A stretch of DNA of 64,000 bases from Amoebidium appalachense (GCA_963693365.1 CAVNZM010000007.1:5639962-5703961), one strand, 5' to 3'; shown: positions 1 through 36,254, counted from the stretch's first letter. The notes: generated from the letters alone by a model not told the origin. Program-made: numbers and translations.

Positions 1-980
1 GCGAAGTCAAAAGGCGCTCAAACCAGATACCCTTAGAGGTGAAAGGAATGCCTAAATAGAAATAGGAGGACACGATTGGGATAGGTTGATTGTTCAGAGT
101 GTAGTGTGCATTGGAAGAAAAGGTGCCGCATTTATCTATCCCAATTTTCATGAAATTTCGGAAACACCAGTCATCTACTCGAGAAAGCATGTTATTCATG
201 ATAGAAGGATCGTGAGTGACTAAGACAATATCATCAGCGAAAAAAAAGGCCGGAGACACAAGAGTCGCCGGCAACTGGAAATTGTTGAATTTCTACCGCT
301 AAGTCGTCAATAAAGACATCAAAGGGAAGGGGACTCAAAAGTGAGCCCTGTAAAAGGCCTCGAGTACGATTGAATCCGTTACTCAGTACCCCATTCACAA
401 CGGCAGCCCCATGGGTGCGGTCAAATAACGCCTGAAGTAGCCGACCAAAGGGAAGAGGTAGCCCTCGAGAGGCCAACTTGTGCCACAGCAAATTCGTTGG
501 AACCGTGTCATAGGCATTCTTAAGGTCGATAAAGCATACCTCGCGACATCCAGAACGAATAGTGTCGTATAATAGAAGAGCATGAGTATAGCACGAATAA
601 GCATGCCGAAATCCGCCCTGAATGTTGCTCAACCGAAAGACATTCGATAAGGTCTCATGCTTGTGGAAGACACGCATTATGCAGGACTCGAATAGGCGAC
701 GAAATATGTTAGTTAAGGTGACTGGCCGGAAGGAAGAAATCGGACCAGTAGAGACCTTCTTGGGGACTGGATTAACGATGGTGTCATTCCACGACGAAGG
801 AATGAATCCCAACTCATAGAAGGCAGAAAAAAACTCGCTCACCAAATTTGCAAAGGGGGGTGGAGGCGGCGTATTCCCGCCTTTGGTAATAACGGGCGGA
901 GGGCACAATGCCTTAAGAAGCGCGGGTGGAAGGGCATCCGGACCACAAGCCTTCTTGGGGTTTAGGGCAGAGATAGCACG
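1..980 (-). mobile_element. Non-LTR retrotransposon (LINE) ORF2 reverse-transcriptase fragment, 5'-truncated, runs off the window edge
   Basis: The frame of ORF 234-908 extends upstream to RAISALNPKKACGPDALP. Motifs include VNPVPKK, SSFRPVTLTNIFRRLFE, QGGFR, FIDLKNAYDTV and RGLLQGSLLSPLPFDVFIDDL. The LFF-ADD motif is shifted by a T homopolymer near 240-248, then continues IGIDKC..YFYLGIPF. The 5' junction abuts (CA)n. Confidence 0.92.
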
Positions 981-996
981 TTGTGTGTCTGTGTGT

Positions 997-1057
<61 letters not shown>

Positions 1058-1348
1058 CTAGAATTTAATAGTCCGATGATGTGTGTGTGTGTGTGTGTGG
1101 AGGGGGGAGGGGGGGGGGGGGGAGGGGGGGGGACGACACAAGGAAAAAAAAAAAAAAAGAACACTCTAAGGTTTGAAGGAAAGGGCTAATGGGGAATTGG
1201 ATCAATTTTAAATTAGAAAAATGCGCGCGTGTATGTTTGTTCCTTACAATAGAAAATTATTCTCGGGAGAGGGAGAGGTTGGGTGGTGGTGGTGGTGGTG
1301 GTCACGGGTGGTGGTGGTGGTGGTGGTGGTGGTGGTGGTGGTGGTGGT

Positions 1349-1399
<51 letters not shown>

Positions 1400-1489
1400 T
1401 GGGGTGGGGATCAAGTATTTCAAAACGAGGGGGGGGGGGGGGGGGGGGTACCAGCAAAATAAAAAAATAAGAAAAAACTGATAACTGAC

Positions 1490-1539
1490 GGGTAAGGTTA
1501 TTGTATAACCAGAGGGGTAAGGTTATTGTATAACCAGAG
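1490..1539. repeat. 25-bp direct tandem repeat x2
   Basis: gggtaaggttattgtataaccagag occurs twice in tandem. Confidence 0.85.
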
Positions 1540-1986
1540 CTTGATGATTACGTGGACCTTGGTTGTGGTGACTAGTCGAAGTAAACAACGTTATTAGTAG
1601 TTCGAACTTCTAGCTACGGGCAATGGGCAATGGCACGATGGTAAAATTTAAGAAATGATAGGCATATATATATATATATACTGTATATCAACTCCTGTAA
1701 CTAAAAGGTGGGAAAAAATCACAAAGTTCTAATACCAACCCTTTTTTTTTTTTTTTTTGTACTGAAAATAATAGAGAAAACCGAGTACACGATGTTTATG
1801 TTGCCATTTATGGACATGAATAAAAATACTGTGCTGTTATTGGCTCTCCCGGCTGTCCCTTACAACCAATTAACAATCCAATCTTGCTGCCTATTTTGGG
1901 TAATGTATCATACTTTACCCCGACCCGTCGCGAACTGGCCGGGTCAGGGCCGTCGGTCGGGCTGGGTACGGGTCCGACCCGCCAGG

Positions 1987-2754
1987 TCAGAAAGTTGACC
2001 GGGTTTGGGTGAAAATGCGCCGGGCCGGGGTTGGGTAATGCCGACCCGTACGGGTTGGTTCTCGGGCCACCTGACCCGGTCCATCTCCTGCCCGGAAGTC
2101 CGCCGAGGAGGATTGGCCGGAGGCTGTGCCCGTGGTAGGCTGGAATTTCTGCTTGGGCGGACGAGCCTTGAGTCGTTGAGCCGCATTCACAAAATCATCA
2201 CCAAGGTGCACGTTTTGACCGATACTGCGAATGGAGCGAGCCACAGAGCGAAGCTCATCGGGGCCTTGAGCAACAGCCGCGGCATAAGAACGCTGCTGGG
2301 GCTCACGCACCGGCTGAGAAGCGAGTGCATGAGTGGTACCACCGGTCCGGGCAGTAGTATCGCCAACAGCGTCACGGGGACCAGGGAAAACAGGGGGAAT
2401 CTGAACAGGAGCAGGCTCAACACGGACGGGTTCGGATGCTGCTTGAGGAATAGGCCGAGACGAGTCAGGTTGCCGAGGAGTAGACAGCATTGCTTCAAGA
2501 CGAGAAATCTGCTCGGATAGACGCGAGACCGTCGCAGTGAGAGCCTTGTTTGCTTCAGTGAGAGACTGGAGTTGCTCGTGAAGACGTCGGTTTTCCTCAC
2601 GCAAATCATCTTCAGTAGCAGAGGAAATGCGGGGATTCTTGGAGTGGGGCTCTGCAGCAGACTCATCATCTGAAGAGGCTGGGTAGCCGTGCTTCTGAGC
2701 ACCACGAGCTGCAGCGGAATCTTGAGAGTCCACCTGCATGGGGGTGGAGTTCAC
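1987..2754 (-). mobile_element. Probable non-LTR ORF1 (gag-like) remnant
   Basis: A non-repetitive 255-aa ORF with a coiled coil (LREENRRLHEQLQSLTEANKALTATVSRLSEQISRLE) and an RSYAAAVA motif typical of LINE ORF1. It is on the same strand as, and upstream of, the RT fragment. Its C-terminus runs into GC-rich CCGACCCG-type repeats at ~1918-2085. Confidence 0.6.
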
Positions 2755-2886
2755 AATGGGATCTTTGGGATCTTCCAGGGCCAGAGGGGAGTACCGGTTG
2801 GTGGCCTCAGCCCCGGCTCCCCGAGAGCGACTGCGGGGTGTCTTGCTTATAGTGGTGTGTGTGTTGCCACGTGTTTTTTACAAAAG

Positions 2887-3088
2887 AATGAAGTGAGTGT
2901 GATATTTGAAAGTGCAACCGTACACAAGATTCAGATTCGCGAAAGTTCAAGTGATGTGATCAACTTGTCAGAGTCGAAACTCACAAAAAAATGAAGTGAG
3001 GGTGTTATTTGAAAGTGCAACCGTACACAAGATTCAGATTCGCGAAAGTTCAAGTGATGTGATCAACAACTTGTCAGAGTCGAAACTC
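2887..3088. repeat. ~100-bp direct tandem duplication
   Basis: aatgaagtgag..tttgaaagtgcaaccgtacacaagattcagattcgcgaaagttcaagtgatgtgatcaac..gtcgaaactc at 2887-2982 and 2990-3088. Confidence 0.9.
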
Positions 3089-3398
3089 GGTAAGTACGGC
3101 CTAATCGTTGAATTTCCATTTATTCTTTTCCCAATTTTACAACAATCTATTCGCACTAGCTCCACTAATGCATACTATGTACACGTTGTCTATCATACCT
3201 GAATCCAGTGGGCAGACTTGCAAGCTACGCAAACAGAAGCGGAAAACCAGCCGCTTCACACACAGTCTGGCAAAGGTAGGGGTTCAAACTAGCAAACGTG
3301 GTTTCTATGGCTTGCATTTAAAGTCTTAAACATACATGTCTGTTTCGGTAAAACAACATCTAGTTTACATGGCAACATGGGCAATACACGACACACAC

Positions 3399-3475
<77 letters not shown>

Positions 3476-3677
3476 TTCGATACAAACCATACGAACATTA
3501 GTTACACTACGCTGAAATTACCCCCACACACCACATTCCAGTGCTTGCCAAAAGGACCGGCGTACATACCGGTGGATGGGTATCCACACCCATACAATAG
3601 ATAAACAAGTAAATAAAAATAATCAATACATAAAAAATGAAAAAAATTCCTTTGTAGCCATGGCACCCATTCAGTGA

Positions 3678-25501
<21,824 letters not shown>

Positions 25502-26776
25502 TTTCGTTGGTTTCCAAGCTCAACTGAGGCACAAAAACCGCTATAGATCTTCGTTGAACGTGCAAGCAAATAAATTGGATCCTGTGATCTGGGGGTGGGT
25601 GCCTGGGTGCGTCAGAGGCAAGCTGTCTAGCAATGTGCCCTTTTCCTACCACGCACAACTCGAAAGAGGAATTGTTGTGTCCGCACTCGAGCTTATAAGC
25701 TTAAGGTGGGTAAAGAAACCAAGTGTGACAGCTGTGTGAGAGAGACCGGACAGGCTGTGATTACGTAATCGCAGGAAACAAGGGCCTTCACTTGTGTCAG
25801 GCCGTTGTACACCTGAAAATCTTCTTAGTAATTGTTTCTAGTAGTATGTAGTTGAATCATTGTGGGTCTGGTTATTACTTCAATGGTTGTTTCATTATAA
25901 TTATTGTTAAAGTTGCAGATTCATTATAGTTATTGCATGCACGTTTGTTTGCATCCTTTCAAACTTCAGAAGGTGCCAATTTTTTTTGCCTCACTCAAGT
26001 CCTGTTAACCGGCATAGCCATCACAGGAGTTCCGTTGACGCCATAGCGGCTTGCAGAGAAGAAAAATATGTAGGTGTCCTTGTGCTGCAAGTAATGGTTT
26101 GCAGCAGCCCCCTTTCCCCCGCCCCCCTTTCCCGCCCCGCTCCTCCCCCCCCCCAAACAAACACACCACCACCACCTCCATCACCACCATCACCATCACC
26201 ATCCTGTTTCCATCCCCTGCTTGCCCCAACTCTCATCGTTCCTGATCGTCTCTTTTTCCTCGAGTGCTTGCATGCGCTTTGAAAAGCTATCAGGGTTCTT
26301 TGGCCTTAGAGGCCACATGTGGACTCCATCACCTCAACTTTGTATGTTCAAAACTGTGTGTACATTTACGCGTGTACGTGCATGTGCGTAGGGCTCGCTC
26401 ACACGAACGTGTGTGTCAGTGCTAGTATTGTTGAGGTGTTTGTGTGTGTGTGCCGCTGTACATCACACTTACCGGGATCTGCGCCCAATTTTCTGCTTTC
26501 TTACTTGTGCTTGTGTGTACGCGTGTCCACACGTGCAACTTCGTGCTTGTGTGTACGCGTGCCCACATGTGCATCTTCGGGGTATGGATGTAAAAGTCCA
26601 CTGCGTGTGCTTGCGCGCGCGTGTGCTCGTGTGCCTGTGCCTGTGTCTTTCCTGCTTGTGAATGTGCATTGAAATGGCTTTGTATTAACTACGAATAGAC
26701 ACGTCGTTCCTGCTGTGAAAGTGTTTTAGTATTCGAACAAGGGACATCAGAAAAAGTGATTTGGTGCGGTAAGAGT

Positions 26777-27286
26777 ATGATGGAAGGCACCGATTTGGTG
26801 TGGAACGAGAAGGGCTATGTGGGGTGCAGTGGAAAGAGGAGGAAGGTGGAGAGGACGGGGGGGGGGGGGAGGGGGGGGGGAGAGGGAGAGGGGGGGCAGG
26901 GGGAGCGAGGGGGAGAGGGGGGAGTTGTACAGGAGGACGGGGAGGAGCAGGGGGACAGAGACAGAAAGAGAGAGTAGTGGAGCGTATTAGAGGGAAATGA
27001 AGAATCAGGGAGAGTTAGCGAGAATCGGAGGAAGAAACTGCAGTGCCTAACACGGGGCTGTTTGGCTGGGGACAGGGAGGGTACAGGTGGTGTGTGTGCC
27101 TGCAAGGGCGTGAGGGTGTGCACTCTGTGTGAGAAGAAGGAAGACCTTACACAGCAGCGGTTCTCCCAAAAGAGCAAAGTATCCCCCCCTCACCCCCCTC
27201 CTCCCCCCCCCCCCCCCCCCCAGCCCCTCCCTGACTTGCTTCTCCCCCCTCCCCCCCCCCCGTCTCCGCCCTCCCCCCCGCTCCCC

Positions 27287-27366
<80 letters not shown>

Positions 27367-28024
27367 TCACTCATTCACTCACTCACCAATACCGCTGACC
27401 ATTATTAACCGTACTACAGCTAACGTTTGCCCTAGAGGTATGTGTGTGTGTGTTTTTCTTTTTTTCTTTTTTTTTTGGGGGGGGGGGGAGGGGTGGGGGG
27501 GGGGGGGGCACAGACGTGATGTCAGAGTTCTTGTTTGTGTGATGTTTTCCAATTATTGACACGGGTTTAGTGAAGGAGAAATTTGGGGGATAGGAAGGAG
27601 GGGGGGAGGGGGGAAGGGAGGGAGATGTAGATGAAGGGGCGGGTGGCGGATGGGTGGGTGCAGTGTGTGTGTTTGTGTGCATAAGTGTGGTAAAATGCTA
27701 CGCCTATGAACACTGCTACCATTACTATTATAAATATATTTACTATTCTTATTAAACTAAATAGCATCTTTTCTCTTAGTGGTGGTGTTGGTAGCTATAG
27801 TGGTGGGATGGGATGGGGGGCCAGATTGGGTTGGTCGGAGGTGAGGGATTTGGCTGATTGGTTTGTTCGTTCTGTGGGGCTATAGTGGTGACCGTTTTGG
27901 AAAGAAGAGAGAAAAGGCAGGGGAGGACGGGACCGAGGGGCGGGGGGCAGGAGGGGGGGGGGGGGGGGGGGGAGGGGGTGTATTTTGAGCGTGTTGCAGT
28001 AGGGACAAGGGTGGCTGGCCGGGT

Positions 28025-28094
<70 letters not shown>

Positions 28095-28733
28095 CGCGTA
28101 TGTGTGCACGCGGACGCGCATGCGTGAGTGTGAGAGGAGACATTTGTGTTTATGTTACATGGATGCAGGGCGTAGAGCAGCACGTGGAGGGTGGAGAGGG
28201 CAGTTGTGTGCGTGTGGGTGGGTGGGTGAGTGGAGAGGGGGGAGGGGGGTGGGGGGGGGGGGGGGGGGTGGGGGGGAGGGGGGGGGGAAGGGGGGCGGGG
28301 GCAGGTAAGGACGGAGGAAAAGACGTGAGACAAGAGAGATATGTGCTGGAGGGGGAGAGGGGAGAGGGAGAGAGGAGGATGTAGTGGCAATGACCGTCGC
28401 GTGCAGAAACCCGAGCCACCCCGTGTATCTGCCGTTTGGCGCTATGAAAGGTGCTACAAGTGTGGGGTTGCATATGCAGAGGGTCACGTCTTTGCTGCTC
28501 ATTCGTCAAAATGCACCGGAGATATAGGTAGTTGACCCCCCTCCCCCTTCCCCCCCAAACATTTCCCCCTTCCGTTACAGGTGAATGGTGGAAAAAAATG
28601 GAACATGGCTTGAGTGGATGTTGAAACGTTCCATATTAAAACATGCATATCATTACCCCTTTCCCCTCCCCTTCTATTTCTGGGTTTGTGTGTGTGTGCG
28701 TTCAGTACGTGCGTTGGAAAAGTGTGTGTGTGT

Positions 28734-28769
<36 letters not shown>

Positions 28770-29610
28770 GGGGAGGGGAGGTAAGAATGCAATGTTCTTA
28801 TGAGTTTACTGCCATTTGAAAGTTCCGAGAGGCAAGGACAGATTTAAAGCACATTTCCGGCCATCTCACAGGATATGCAAATAATAGACAAGAATACATC
28901 TGGCATGCTTAGTACTTTGACGTGCATGGTATATCACATGCATGTATCTCCCTTTTCAGTGACGCCACCACCACCTACAGGCACAGTACATAATAAGCAA
29001 GCAGATTTCAATATTTATCTGACATGCATATATCTGCCGGGATAATCAAGAGTGTCGGGGAGTCCGCCCATTCGGATATTTCATTTGATTGTACATCTAA
29101 CACGCACAATATCTAACACGCATAGTATCTCACACGCATAATATCCCACACGCATAATATCCCACGCGCATATTATCTCACACGCATAAAATCTAGCACG
29201 CATAACATTCTCACACGCATAATATCCCACACGCATGTTATCTCACACGCATAATATCCCACACGCATAATATCTAACAAGCACAATATCTAACTTGCAT
29301 ATATCTCCTTTTCCAGTGACGTCACCACCACCTACTGGTACAGACCAGTCCGACAGCATCCTACTGTCGACAGTTTCTGTTTTCCACAACTTTTTGACGC
29401 CTGTAAGCACCTTCACATTTTTCACCCCTTGTATTGCTCTGACAGTCAACAACTCCGTGGTTTTCCATGCTTTCGTGTGTTTTTTACTGTGTGGCTTGTT
29501 CAGATACATTCTGTGCAAACCTCTTTCAGCCCTCCCTTCCGTTTATCCTTTCCCCTCTTTCCCTTCCCCCCCCCCCCCCCCCCCTCTTTCCTTCCCCCCC
29601 CCCCCCCTCT

Positions 29611-29641
<31 letters not shown>

Positions 29642-29754
29642 GCCCGCCCCTCCGCCCAACCCACCTTTTCCACCTTTCTTCACCAATTCAACACAACCTA
29701 CTTTTCCACGTATAGAAAACCGACTTCTTCTTTTTTCTCTCTCTTTTTTTTTTT

Positions 29755-29806
<52 letters not shown>

Positions 29807-30028
29807 CTCTTCGTTTTTATTGTCGCGGGGAGGGAACAGGGGGGGGGGGGGGGGGTTTGAAGTAACTAGATGTAAATTCTCGAAGCTGCATATGTAGCTG
29901 ATTTTTGGCTCCACGCTTGTGCAAATGCCAGCCATCTAATGCTCACATGTGTAATGAAAACGTGAGTCTTCCCCTGAGCCTGGTTCAAAGCTTCAATGAT
30001 CTATAGTAATTCTCAAACCAGCATCAAC

Positions 30029-30084
<56 letters not shown>

Positions 30085-30525
30085 TTTCTTTTTCTTTTTC
30101 TTTTCCCCACCATTTCACCACCTATTTTCCCTTATCTTTGTTAATTCTCGAACCAGCATCAACTCCCCCCCCCCCCCCCCCTTTTTTTTTTCTTTTTCCT
30201 TTTCCCTTTTTCTTTTTCTTTTCCCCACCATTCCACCACTTCATTTTCCCCGGTGCTCATGCTTGCCTGCCACACTTTTTCCAAATTCCCGTCATCTGAA
30301 CTCGGTTTGCCCCCTTTTGTTCACAGGAGGAAGGCGTGGAAGTTGTTAAAGCAATCGACAGTAGCCCGTGGGTTATCTCCCAATCGGGAAGAAGGAAACA
30401 AGACTATGGGCCCCTGGTGAACTTTAAGAAGAGGAAAATGAAGTGGGGCAACTATAGCGGCTTGCCCAGGTATGTGGGTGGGTGTGTGTGTGTGGTTGTG
30501 TGTGTGTGTACGTGGGTGGGTGGGT

Positions 30526-30562
<37 letters not shown>

Positions 30563-31194
30563 GCGTGCGTGTGTGTGTGCCTCCTTGTGTGATTGAGCAT
30601 GCATGCTATGTGCCAGTGTGTGCGGGTGTGGGCATGGGTGTGTGTAAATGTGGGTGTGAATGTGTATGTGCATGTGTGTTTGGATATATCGGTGTGTATA
30701 TGTGTGTGTGTTTATTTTGGTATGTGCGGTGTGTGCCCCTGTAACCATTTTAGCGCGGCAAGGGGGGGGGGGGGGGGGGGGAGGGAGGGGGGGCAGACAA
30801 AGTTCTATGAGAAATGATGACACAACTTTTACTTTGGCGGGTCCGGGTGTGTGTCTCAATCCAATGTTTGTATGTGTGTGTTCTAGTGTATGGTGATATT
30901 ACAGGGGTTGACTAGAGGGATGAAGTAATGGAAAGCGGTGAAGTTCAGTGGAGATTTTAAAGGGACAGTAATTTGGTACGATGTTTACAATGTGGCTCTT
31001 TTTCTGTTTAGGTAAAATGTTTAACCTCCACTGCACTTCCCGCAGCTATGCCCAAGTCATTGCTGAAAGGATGAAGACGTTCATTGTGATGGCTGACTTT
31101 GTACCCGTCGAGTTAGGTGACTTACCCCTCCTCCCCTCTCCCCCCTCCCCCCCTCCCCCCTTTAACACGCGTGCACGCACACACGCACGAACGC

Positions 31195-31255
<61 letters not shown>

Positions 31256-31950
31256 CACGCACACGCACACGCACACACACACACACACACACACGCACAC
31301 ACACGCACACACCAAAAAGAAAAGAAAAGAAAACAAAGGAAAAAGGAAAAAAATAAGAAAGGAAAAGAGAAAAGAAAGAGACAAAGAATCTGATGGGGAC
31401 ACGGCCCCGGGCACACACCACGTTCTTTGGACGGGTGTGTTTTTGCATAAACGCACCGGTTTTCCGTCTTCTTGTGTTACTTTAAGTTTGCACCTGTGCC
31501 CACCGGGTCGATGTCGTCCCTATTCATCACTATTTGCATTTAGTTCAAAGATTTGCGCCCCAAATTTCATGTTAGGCAAATTGGGTTGATCGAGACAATT
31601 TTCATACCCTTTGTACCATTAGAATCATAAAATGATTCATTCGTGCAAGTCCACTAACCGACACGAATCGAGCCAGGCAATCTCGAGTACGACCCGACCC
31701 GTGGGTCATGCAACGACCCGCACATTGACGACCAATGGGCTTGGGGGGAGCGCATCGTCACCCTTTCGCTGCTGTCAGACAGCGTCATGACTTTTAGCCG
31801 CATTATAACCCTGCCGACCAATGGAAGTGCTCCATTAAACGGTGCAACTAGTTGTGATTCGCCAAATGGGGATTCTTCTTCTTCCGATTGTGCCGAGTCC
31901 AGGGTGCAGATTTTGGTTCGCGTGCCGTTGCCAGCTGGCGCATTACTCGG

Positions 31951-31985
<35 letters not shown>

Positions 31986-32485
31986 TTTTTTTTTTCCCTC
32001 CTCTTGGGTACACGGAAAAGAAAGGAAAAGAAACCACAAGAAAAAAGAGAAAGAAATGATAGGAAAGGGGAAAATGGGGGAAAGAAAAAAAAAATCAAAA
32101 AACTTTTAAAAAAAAGAACCCCCCAAGAACTCACCCTAATTTCCGTAGCAATTCTCCTGGTTTGCATGGTGTGTATGGTGAGGGTGTTGCGAGTGGTGGT
32201 GTGCACGTGTAGCCAAAGGGCCGAAGGTACGGAGCATACTGGTGTGCATTTCTTTGTCAGCAATAATAACTAATAATTAATTCCCATTGGCCAACAGTGT
32301 CACAAGGCGAGGCCAGGCACCAATGGGCCCATGCCATTCTGAGGGATGACGTCACTACGAGGCGTCTTTCCGCGACCTTCCGCGAATTGGCACCGGACTT
32401 CCTCCCTGGAGGACCGCAGGAGGAGATGGGGAGGGAGATGCTAAAAATAGCGTTGGAATACAGAGGGGTGGTGTGTGGGAGCTAG
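26777..32485 (+). CDS. ALKBH4: Alpha-ketoglutarate-dependent dioxygenase AlkB homolog 4 (start uncertain)
   Basis: Exons: ~26777 or 26978 to 27178, 28407-28527, 29317-29402, 30327-30469, 31046-31116, 31677-31949, 32298-32485 (all GT-AG, phases match). Family motifs: [62 protein letters not shown] (HxD), ARHQWAHAI (distal His), [29 protein letters not shown]. There is an in-frame TAG at 26975-26977 downstream of the candidate ATG. Confidence 0.93.
29092..29295. repeat. ~19-bp minisatellite (cacacgcataatatcc-like), ~10 copies
   Basis: Repeated acgca(t/c)aatatc units in ALKBH4 intron 2. Confidence 0.85.
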
Positions 32486-33181
32486 CAGGTTCTCGGGTGT
32501 GCAAGAGGCAGAGAGAAAAAATGCCCAGCCGCCGTTAAAACTTAAATATTTAATGGGTTCATTTTCATTGGCAGGTTTTTCAATCCTTGTTTTCGGGCTG
32601 GTGGACGTGCCTGGCTGGTCCGGGGCACCCTGCGGGGACAAATATTCTGATAAATGTGTTCTTGGCCATGGTATGCTGTGCACACTTGTACTGTTATGAT
32701 GGTTGCATTAAAAAATAGGAACTTACAGTGGCCTCAACTGTTACATTTGTTTACGACCTGCGATTGCAATTGAAAATCAACAGAGGATGAGAGTATGTAC
32801 ATGTATTCACATGCATATCTATTTGTCATCAAATTGCAAATTTCACTGCACAGCCACGGTCGAGGTCACTCAGTCTGCTTCTTCGTCTTTTGGCACCCCC
32901 AGGCTCCGGCTGCGGCTTCCAAATTACTGAGCCATGAATATAAAATTTATATTCAACTAAACTGTCCTACGTAGGATATCCGAGGGAGGATGTTTACCGT
33001 AAGCCTTAATAATTTACATAATATTTGCGCACGTGTGCCTCACAGTGTGCCTGTGCCTCAGTACCGGTACCTGTGGCGTGCGATTACGTATACCGTGTAT
33101 GTGGATAGCTGTGGGGTTTTTTCTTGTTGTTGTTGTTGTGTGTGTGTGTGTGTACATGTGTATGTGTGTGTGTGTGTGTGT

Positions 33182-33219
<38 letters not shown>

Positions 33220-33275
33220 ATGTGTGTGTGTTCCGTGGTGGTGGTTCTGGTGGGGTGGGGTGGTGGTGGGTGGGG

Positions 33276-33309
<34 letters not shown>

Positions 33310-34201
33310 CTCCATCATCCACGCGCACTCAGTCTGATGGTGACGCTGGCGACACAGTGAAAAAACCACCAGTAGTTAAGTTACACACATGTCTGCATAT
33401 CCACACTGGTACGCTGGACCCGGAGCACTGACCATGGCCACTAACACACCCCATAAGGTATATTAGCATACAAAGTGCAGCACGCAACGTCAACCACACG
33501 TGCACCACAACGTAATTAGTCTAATTAGTTGGCTAATTGTGTTAAAACGCATGCTTGTGACTAGTGTATCCAGGCATCTCTGCATATCGACATGAAGTTC
33601 GGAAAGTCAAGCGGCACTGCCCACTGCGAGGCCTAGGTACTTAACGTGCACAAGATTCATGTGTCCCAGACATACGTCTGCTCACGCATACACGTGACGC
33701 ACGAGGCACGACGCACGATGAAGGAGTCATGACTTTAAATTTCAGTATCAGCGGGGTGCACTTTGCACTCGGAGCCCACAAAGCTTGTGCTTTTATTTAT
33801 GACGTCCTCGAAAAAAAGAGAAATATTCCAAGGTCTTTTAGGGTCCCGGAGGCATGGATACACATTGCATGCCACCAAGAAGAGGTTATGCAGAAGTCAT
33901 ATACATGCATGGTCACGAGCAGACCAAACGTAGACCGATTTGCCCACGCCAAACCGATTATAAGTAATGGGGTAGAACCTGCAATCAGCAACCCATAAAC
34001 TCTTGAACCAACCTATGCTAACATAATGATATGCTAACGCGATGAACAAAACCACGAACCACATCTACCTCGAAGCCAAACTATCCAGCAACGTAATCTA
34101 TGAGTACAAGGTAACTTAGGGCCTAAACTAGGATATTCCAAAAAACACATATCCCGGCACCACACCACCACATAGTCTGTAGTTGCCGAGAAAACGAGAT
34201 G

Positions 34202-34241
<40 letters not shown>

Positions 34242-34355
34242 GTCTTCTTTCCCCCCAACCCCCCTACCTCTCCCTCAAAAAAGAGAGGAAGGGAGAGAGA
34301 GAGAGGGAGGTGGAGGGAAAGAGAGAAACGAGGGAAAAGACGGGAAGGGGAAAGA

Positions 34356-34820
34356 CTAGTTTCCAACGGTTGCCCCGCCAGCTGCACGTTCATCGGCCTG
34401 TTTCCTCATGAGGGCCCTTCTTGCCCTCCTCCCAAGCTTCTCCGGTGTCTGCCCACTGGATTGGGCATCCTGCACACATACCAACCATGAGCTTATAGAA
34501 CCCCCCCCCCCCTCCCCTGAGCCTCCCCACCCACCCACCCCCCCTGGATAATTAAAAATCCCAAGAAAGAAAGAGAGGGAGGGAAAAAGGGAGGGAGAGG
34601 ACGGAGGGGAGGGAGGGGGGGATAGAGAGGGAATGAGAGACAGAAAGCGAGAGAGAGAAAACAAAGAAATAAACATGAACATATCACATACAATTGAACC
34701 CAACCACCCACACACGCACACACACCTCTGTCTAATTCATCGTTCAGCCGCTAGCCTTGCTTTTGACCCCGCACGTGCTTTGTTAAATCATGAATGCCAT
34801 CATCCATGCTCACGATACAT

Positions 34821-34852
<32 letters not shown>

Positions 34853-36162
34853 ACCACCACCACCACTTTTCCACTGCCACTCTTTGTGACTTTCAATGCA
34901 ACGAAACCCGAAGGGACGAGGGACGAAGGGGGGGGGGGGGGGGGGGGGGGGGGGGTGGGTGGGTACTCACCATGCTTGAGCCAGGGGGGGACGAGGACTG
35001 GGGGTAGCTGTTGCGGCGTGGGGGCTGATTACGATTGGGCCCAACACTCTTGCCTTGGCCAGCCAGAGACACACACCCTAAAAAGGAAATAGATGTGCCA
35101 ATCAGATTAGGTTACCAATCGCCCAGCCACATTAATGACGAAACTGTTCACCGACACCCTCCCTACATTGCTGCTGTCGTATGATATGTTACCCCTAATG
35201 ACGTCATTATGAGAGCAAAGTCGTATCCACGGACAGATGAGCTGAGAGACATCAAGTCAACCTCCCTTCCCCCTCTACCCCCCTCCCTCCCCCCCCATCC
35301 CCCTCCTCCCCCCCCCCCTCCCCCCCCCCAAAAAATTAAAAAAATTAAACAAAAGAAAATAAAATAAAATAAAATGTAAATAGAATGATAAATAAAAAAC
35401 CCACCTGCGTGGTGTTTCCTCAGACGACCCTCCTTGCCCCGTGAGGGGGCAAAGCTGTGGGGGTCGTAGTCCTCGTCGAACTGGTCCAGCGTGTACGTTC
35501 CAAAGGCATCCTCCTCCACTATCTGTGAGTGCACGTGTGTATGTGTATGTGTACGTGTGAGCAGGTGTGTATGTGTATGTGTATGTGCAAGCAGGTGTGT
35601 ATGTGTTTGTGTACTTATAAGCAGGTGTGTATGTGTATGTGTATGTGTAAGCAGGTGTGTATGTGTATGTGTACGTGTAAGCAGGTGTGTATGTGTATGT
35701 GTAGGTGTATGCATGAGTGTGTTGTGTATGAACGTGCATATGTACCGTTTACGTGTACGCGAATGTGTATCGCGTGCGTGTAGGCATGGTTGTGGACGTA
35801 CTTGTACTTGTATCTGTATGCATGTGTATAGATGCACGTGTACACTTGTTTTTGTTGCCGATGTGTGTCGGGAAGGGAAAGGGAGGGGGGGAGGGGGGGA
35901 GGGGGGGGGGGTTAGAATGTTGCACACAGTATAAGTAAAAAGTTCACGAAAAAAACAAGGTGCAGGACATTAGGCAAACGTCTCCAGTAATGTGTGTTCT
36001 ATGTGTGTGTGCTTGTGCACTAGTACGCATGCGCGCGCTCTAGGATTGCAGTATAGATAATATAAACTGAAGGCGGATCACACAGCCACATTTGCAAGAA
36101 AAGGGCCACACACATAGGGTATGCACCATCCGGGCGAGGAGATGATACATGGTCGTTTTTTT

Positions 36163-36254
<92 letters not shown>

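Noticed and set aside
26975-26977. Stop-codon reassignment suggested by the in-frame TAG
   Set aside because: TAG terminates ALKBH4 and the RING gene, TGA terminates POMT and the FBXW4-like gene, and no other internal stops occur in ~55 exons.
29092-29295. Regular short repeats resembling a CRISPR array
   Set aside because: Head-to-tail degenerate units with no unique spacers, no cas genes, and an intronic eukaryotic location.
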